Assembly (NCBI RefSeq): GCF_001194135.2
Contig: NC_068982.1
Coordinates: forward strand, 136,982,676-137,035,939
Reading direction: 5' to 3'
DNA length: 53,264 nt
Origin: Octopus bimaculoides
Taxonomy: Eukaryota
The position numbers were made by a program, and so were the translations under genes. The stretch's first letter is position 1. Each line of letters begins with the position of its first letter. The notes beneath the pieces are model-generated. The model had not been told where the DNA came from and did no database searches. It saw only the letters and a list, made by a program, of their open reading frames with translations. Shown piece after piece: positions 48,830-53,264 of the stretch.

Positions 48830-49690
48830 CATTTGAGCATGGTCATTGCCAGTGCCGCCAGACTGGCCCTCGTGCTGGTGGCATGTAAAAGCACCCACTA
48901 CACTCTAGGAGTGATTGGCATAAGGAAGAACATCCAGCTGTAGAAACTTTGCCAGATCAGATTGAAGCCTGATGCAGCCTTCTGGCTAGCCAGTCCTCAG
49001 TCAAACTGTCCAACCCATGCCAGCATGGAAAGTGGACGTTAAGCGACGATGATGATGATGACATGTGTCTTTCAGTTTCCATCTACCAAATCCATTCACA
49101 AGGCTTTGATTAGCCCTGGGCTATACTAGAAAACAATTACCCAAGATAATATGCAGTGGGACTGAACTTAAGTTCATATTGTTGGGAAGCAAGCTTCTTA
49201 AACTCACACCTGAGTTCTAAAAAGTACTCACCTTATCAAAAATCGTTAACTTTCCATTTTGAGTTATATGTCTGTTTTGTACGAATATAAGGCATCATTA
49301 TTAAACTTTCTTGGATGTATTTAGTGAAGAGCTTCATCTTCATCATCATCATCATCATCGCCATCATCATTTGATATCTGTTTTCCATGCTGGCATTGGT
49401 TAGCTGGTTCGACAAGAGCTGACAAGGCTAGGAGTCACACCTGGTTCCCTAGTCTGTTTTGGCACGGTTTCTGCAGTTGGATGTCCTTCCTAATGCCAAC
49501 CACTGTACACAGTACTTTTTATGTGACACCATCACTGGGGATTTTTACGTGCCACCAGCATCAGTGATTTTAAGTGGTATCATCACCACTGCCTTTTACA
49601 TGACGCCAATACCAGTGCTTTTTTGTGACACCAGCACTAGTGCTTCTTACATGGCACCAATCCTGACAGGGCCACCAAGTACCTTGCCTG
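48830..49690. mobile_element. Family B(+) 48830-49060, SINE A(-) 49065-49210, family B-like(-) 49345-49690
   Basis: Matches to the family cores; the last copy has ~25-bp internal units. Confidence 0.78.
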
Positions 49691-50823
49691 ACCAAGGTAA
49701 TTATTAAGCAAAGGATATTTAATAAGAATGCAGTAATAAAAATCCTTACATCATATGCAACTTTATTACATATCATTACAAACTGTCATTTCATTAACTG
49801 TTCTATTGCAAAAAGAGAGATTTGACATCATTCTGCCAAAAGTCAATATCATTTGTTATTCATTCATTTGTGAAACAAATTTGAGCTTGAGATAAGGCAG
49901 CTTGAACTTGTCGCAGGATGGAATCCCATTCTCTTTCCTCACTTCACTTATGGAGTTTTTTTTTTTAATTCAGATTCAGTTATAAAGTCTGTAATACTTG
50001 TATATAACTATTTCAATCTATTTGAATCTCAGTAGTTCAGACAATTGAAAGTGTCTTAGTTATTCTATATTATTTTATGGAGAGAGGATATATTTTAGCA
50101 AAGAAAACGGTAAGAGAGATTTATGAAAACATTTCATTTGGAGGTTTTGTTTCGTTTTTGTTTTTTGTTTTTTGTATGTTTGATTTTGTTTTTTGTTGTC
50201 TTTTTTCACAGTTTGTTAGCTGTGTACAAGGAAAGAGCAAGAACGAAAAGCAGTCAATTTAAATTTGAATTTAAATTAATTTCCAGATTAATAAGAACAT
50301 GTAACAATACATAAAATGAATATTTGTAAATTAACACATTCAATATTTGTAAGTAAAAAGCTATTAACAGAGTGTGTTTCTTCTTGATATTAGAATTACT
50401 GACAGCAAGGAAGAGAGAGCAATTTCATTCCTTACTCAACAAATAAAGGAAGATTATTGGATTTTAACAAATTGAATTAGAGTTATGCTGCATATAGACA
50501 GTATTAAATCTCAAGTATTTACACAATGTCTTATATTGGGTGTGAATCAATTTGCTATTATGATTCATATGCCTCAATAAAGCTGATCAGTGACAAAGAA
50601 TTATTAAATACAGATGCAAGAAATTCTGGTTACAAAGCTTTATTAAATTAAAGGACAAGATAATGTTGTGAGGGAAAAATTCATTGTGAAAAGAGAGAAG
50701 GAAAATGGTTACGACAAAAAAAAACACACAATGGAGGTAAAACAGAAAGAATGAAATAGGAGTAAAAGTTTCCCATAATCATTAATGACAAGATTTATAT
50801 ATGTATATATATGTATAGATATT

Positions 50824-51192
50824 GGCTGATGACAGTACCACCTGACTGGCACTCGTGCCAGTGGAACGTTAAAAGCACATCCAAGCTTGCTCGCTGCCAG
50901 GGCCACGGATTGGCTCCAATGCCGGGGACATGTGAAAAGCACCATTCGAGCGTGATCATTGCCAGCGTCGCCTTACCGGCACATGTGCTGGTGGCATGTG
51001 AAAAACAGCATTCAAGCATGGTCGTTGCCAGTGCCACTGGACTGGCTCCCATGCAGGTGGCACATAACATGCACCATGTGAGTGTAGTCGTTGCCAGAAC
51101 CGCCTGACTGGCCCTCATGCTGGTAGCACGTAAAAGCACCCACTACACTCTCAGATTGGTGGCATTAGAAAGGGCATCCAGCTGTAGAAATT
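50824..51192 (+). mobile_element. Family B with ~5 internal ~66-bp units, 3'-truncated
   Basis: Repeated actgg..c.tgcyrgtggcacgtraaaagcacc units, then cactacactctcag..ggcattagaaagggcatccagctgtagaaa. Confidence 0.88.
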
Positions 51193-51499
51193 TTGTCAGT
51201 TACTGACCAGACTATTGGATGTTGTTATACACCACTGGTCACAGTGCACTTTGCATTATTTTAGCTTTCAAATGATACCACCCTGCTGGTTAGGTGAGCA
51301 GGCCAATATTTCCCCTGATGTGAGGGCCAATCCATCACAAGGTTACCCATCTACAACTAAATAACTCGAACAATACCAAATGAAGGATTTTGCTCAAGAA
51401 CACAATGTGCCACTCGGTCCAGAAATCAAACCCATGATCTGGCATAGCTTACACACACATACACACACATAAAATATATGATAAATATATATGTGTGCG

Positions 51500-51552
<53 letters not shown>

Positions 51553-51553
<1 letters not shown>

Positions 51554-51678
51554 TATTACTTGAGGCCTTTGATGAAATAAAAGGGGAAGTAGCTTCACAC
51601 GATGCAGAAGACAACTGGACGTTTCTAAGGGACAACCTGCTGAGGGCCACTAACCAGATCTGTGGATGGTGCAAAGTC
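51553..51678 (+). mobile_element. RTE LINE fragment (endonuclease-RT linker)
   Basis: LLEAFDEIKGEVASHDAEDNWTFLRDNLLRATNQICGWCKV, resembling the linker just before the RTE WWN motif. Confidence 0.7.
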
Positions 51679-51917
51679 GGATCTTTTTTAAAACGGGGGC
51701 CACATTTTTCATTAACGAAACACTTTGAAACTTGGAACACTGGTAGAATGTGTCATATAAAACATCTTTTTCTCTTAGTCTTCTTAAAAAAAAAAAGAAA
51801 TCCATAAGTTTTTCCATGTTAAAGCTGTCGTATTTCTGTAATTTCAACCAATCACTGACGTCCATTCAGCCGATATACATTAAGTGCCGACTACATAAAC
51901 AAACGATTCTGAAACAA

Positions 51918-51987
51918 TTAACCCTAACCCTAACCCTAACCCTAGGGTTAGGGTTAGAGTTAGGGTTAGGGTTAGGGTTAGGGTTAA
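51918..51987. repeat. Inverted telomere-like block, (CCCTAA)4 then (GGGTTA)7
   Basis: ttaaccctaaccctaaccctaaccct|agggttagggttagagtta(gggtta)4a, with the axis at ccctaggg. Confidence 0.97.
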
Positions 51988-52584
51988 AGCAAATTTAAAA
52001 TGAAAAAAGCAAATAAAACGAAGGTATGGAGATTNNNNNNNNNNNNNNNNNNNNNNNNNNNNNNNNNNNNNNNNNNNNNNNNNNNNNNNNNNNNNNNNNN
52101 NNNNNNNNNNNNNNNNNNNNNNNNNNNNNNNNNNNNNNNNNNNNNNNNNNNNNNNNNNNNNNNNNNNNNNNNNNNNNNNNNNNNNNNNNNNNNNNNNNNN
52201 NNNNNNNNNNNNNNNNNNNNNNNNNNNNNNNNNNNNNNNNNNNNNNNNNNNNNNNNNNNNNNNNNNNNNNNNNNNNNNNNNNNNNNNNNNNNNNNNNNNN
52301 NNNNNNNNNNNNNNNNNNNNNNNNNNNNNNNNNNNNNNNNNNNNNNNNNNNNNNNNNNNNNNNNNNNNNNNNNNNNNNNNNNNNNNNNNNNNNNNNNNNN
52401 NNNNNNNNNNNNNNNNNNNNNNNNNNNNNNNNNNNNNNNNNNNNNNNNNNNNNNNNNNNNNNNNNNNNNNNNNNNNNNNNNNNNNNNNNNNNNNNNNNNN
52501 NNNNNNNNNNNNNNNNNNNNNNNNNNNNNNNNNNNNNNNNNNNNNNNNNNNNNNNNNNNNNNNNNNNNNNNNNNNNNNNNNNNN

Positions 52585-53264
52585 AGCGACAGGTTTATTT
52601 AGCCAGAGGGGAAGCAGATAAGAAAAAATTTGTCAATGTTCTGCGCTATCTAGGTGACCAAGTTAGTAGTGGGAGAGGGTGCGCTGAAAGTGTAGCTGCT
52701 AGAATAAGAATAGCCTGGGCAAAGTTCAGAGAGCTCTTACCTCTGCTGGTGACAAGGCCCTCTCACTCAGAGTAAAAGGCAGACTATGACGCATGTGTAC
52801 GAACAGCCATGCTTCATGGCAGTGAAACATGGGCTGTGACTGCTGAGGACATGCGTAGGCTCGCAAGGAATGAAGCCAGCATGCTCCGATAGATGTGTAA
52901 TGTCAGTTTGCATACTAGACAGAATATTAGTACCTTGAGAGAAGAGTTGAACTTACGAAGCATCAGTTGTAGTGTGCAAGAGAGACGATTGCGCTGGTAT
53001 GGTCATGTAGCGAGAATGGATGAGGATAGCTGTGTGAAAAAGTGCCACACCCTAGCAGTTGAGGGAACCTGTGGAAAAGGTAGGCCCAGGAAGACCCGGG
53101 ATGAGGTAGTGAGGCACGACCTTCGAACATTGGGCCTCACCGAGGCGATGACTTCTGACCGAGACCTCTGGAAATATGCTGTGCGGGAGAAGACCCGGCA
53201 AGCCAAGTGAGACCTAAATCTAAGGCCTCAGCCAGTCCACTTATGCGTACCTTCCTTCATTGGA
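52585..53264 (+). mobile_element. RTE-clade LINE, RT C-terminal region and start of 3' UTR
   Basis: LRYLGDQVSSGRGCAESVAARIRIAWAKFRELLPLLVT, then after a frameshift ..AMLHGSETWAV..ERRLRWYGHVARM..GKGRPRKT..DL..LGL...AK*. Contains a frameshift and an in-frame stop. Confidence 0.93.

Noticed and set aside
51918-51987. Interpretation as an ancestral chromosome end-to-end fusion site
   Set aside because: The orientation is (CCCTAA)n then (TTAGGG)n, opposite to a fusion scar, and the block is only 70 bp.

Overview
This is eukaryotic, AT-rich draft-assembly DNA with 11 N-gaps, and it is almost entirely repeats. The repeat landscape suggests an octopus-type cephalopod, which is inference and not a database result. 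I found no intact protein-coding gene, structural RNA gene or CRISPR array, and nearly all listed ORFs are translations of microsatellites, N-runs or transposon relics. Manual translation across stops and frameshifts identified these decayed elements: a Helitron relic that keeps its 3' end (1784-2506); a probable piggyBac transposase relic; an internally deleted Tc1/mariner element with ~180-200 bp TIRs (15416-16089); five restriction-like-endonuclease (REL) non-LTR retrotransposon pieces, three of them ending in (TAA)n like R4/Dong; RTE and CR1 LINE fragments; TTAA-flanked MITEs; and dozens of tRNA-derived SINE and RTE 3'-end copies. The most unusual structures are a 335-bp foldback at the window start, a TTAA-bounded inverted telomeric block (51918-51987), a 36-nt retro-insertion with a 17-bp TSD, and a two-family composite MITE. 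A few weak minus-strand exon candidates suggest the window may be intronic to a large host gene. I do not see convincing evidence for a new biological system. SINE and LINE boundaries were read by eye and are approximate (about +/-20 bp).
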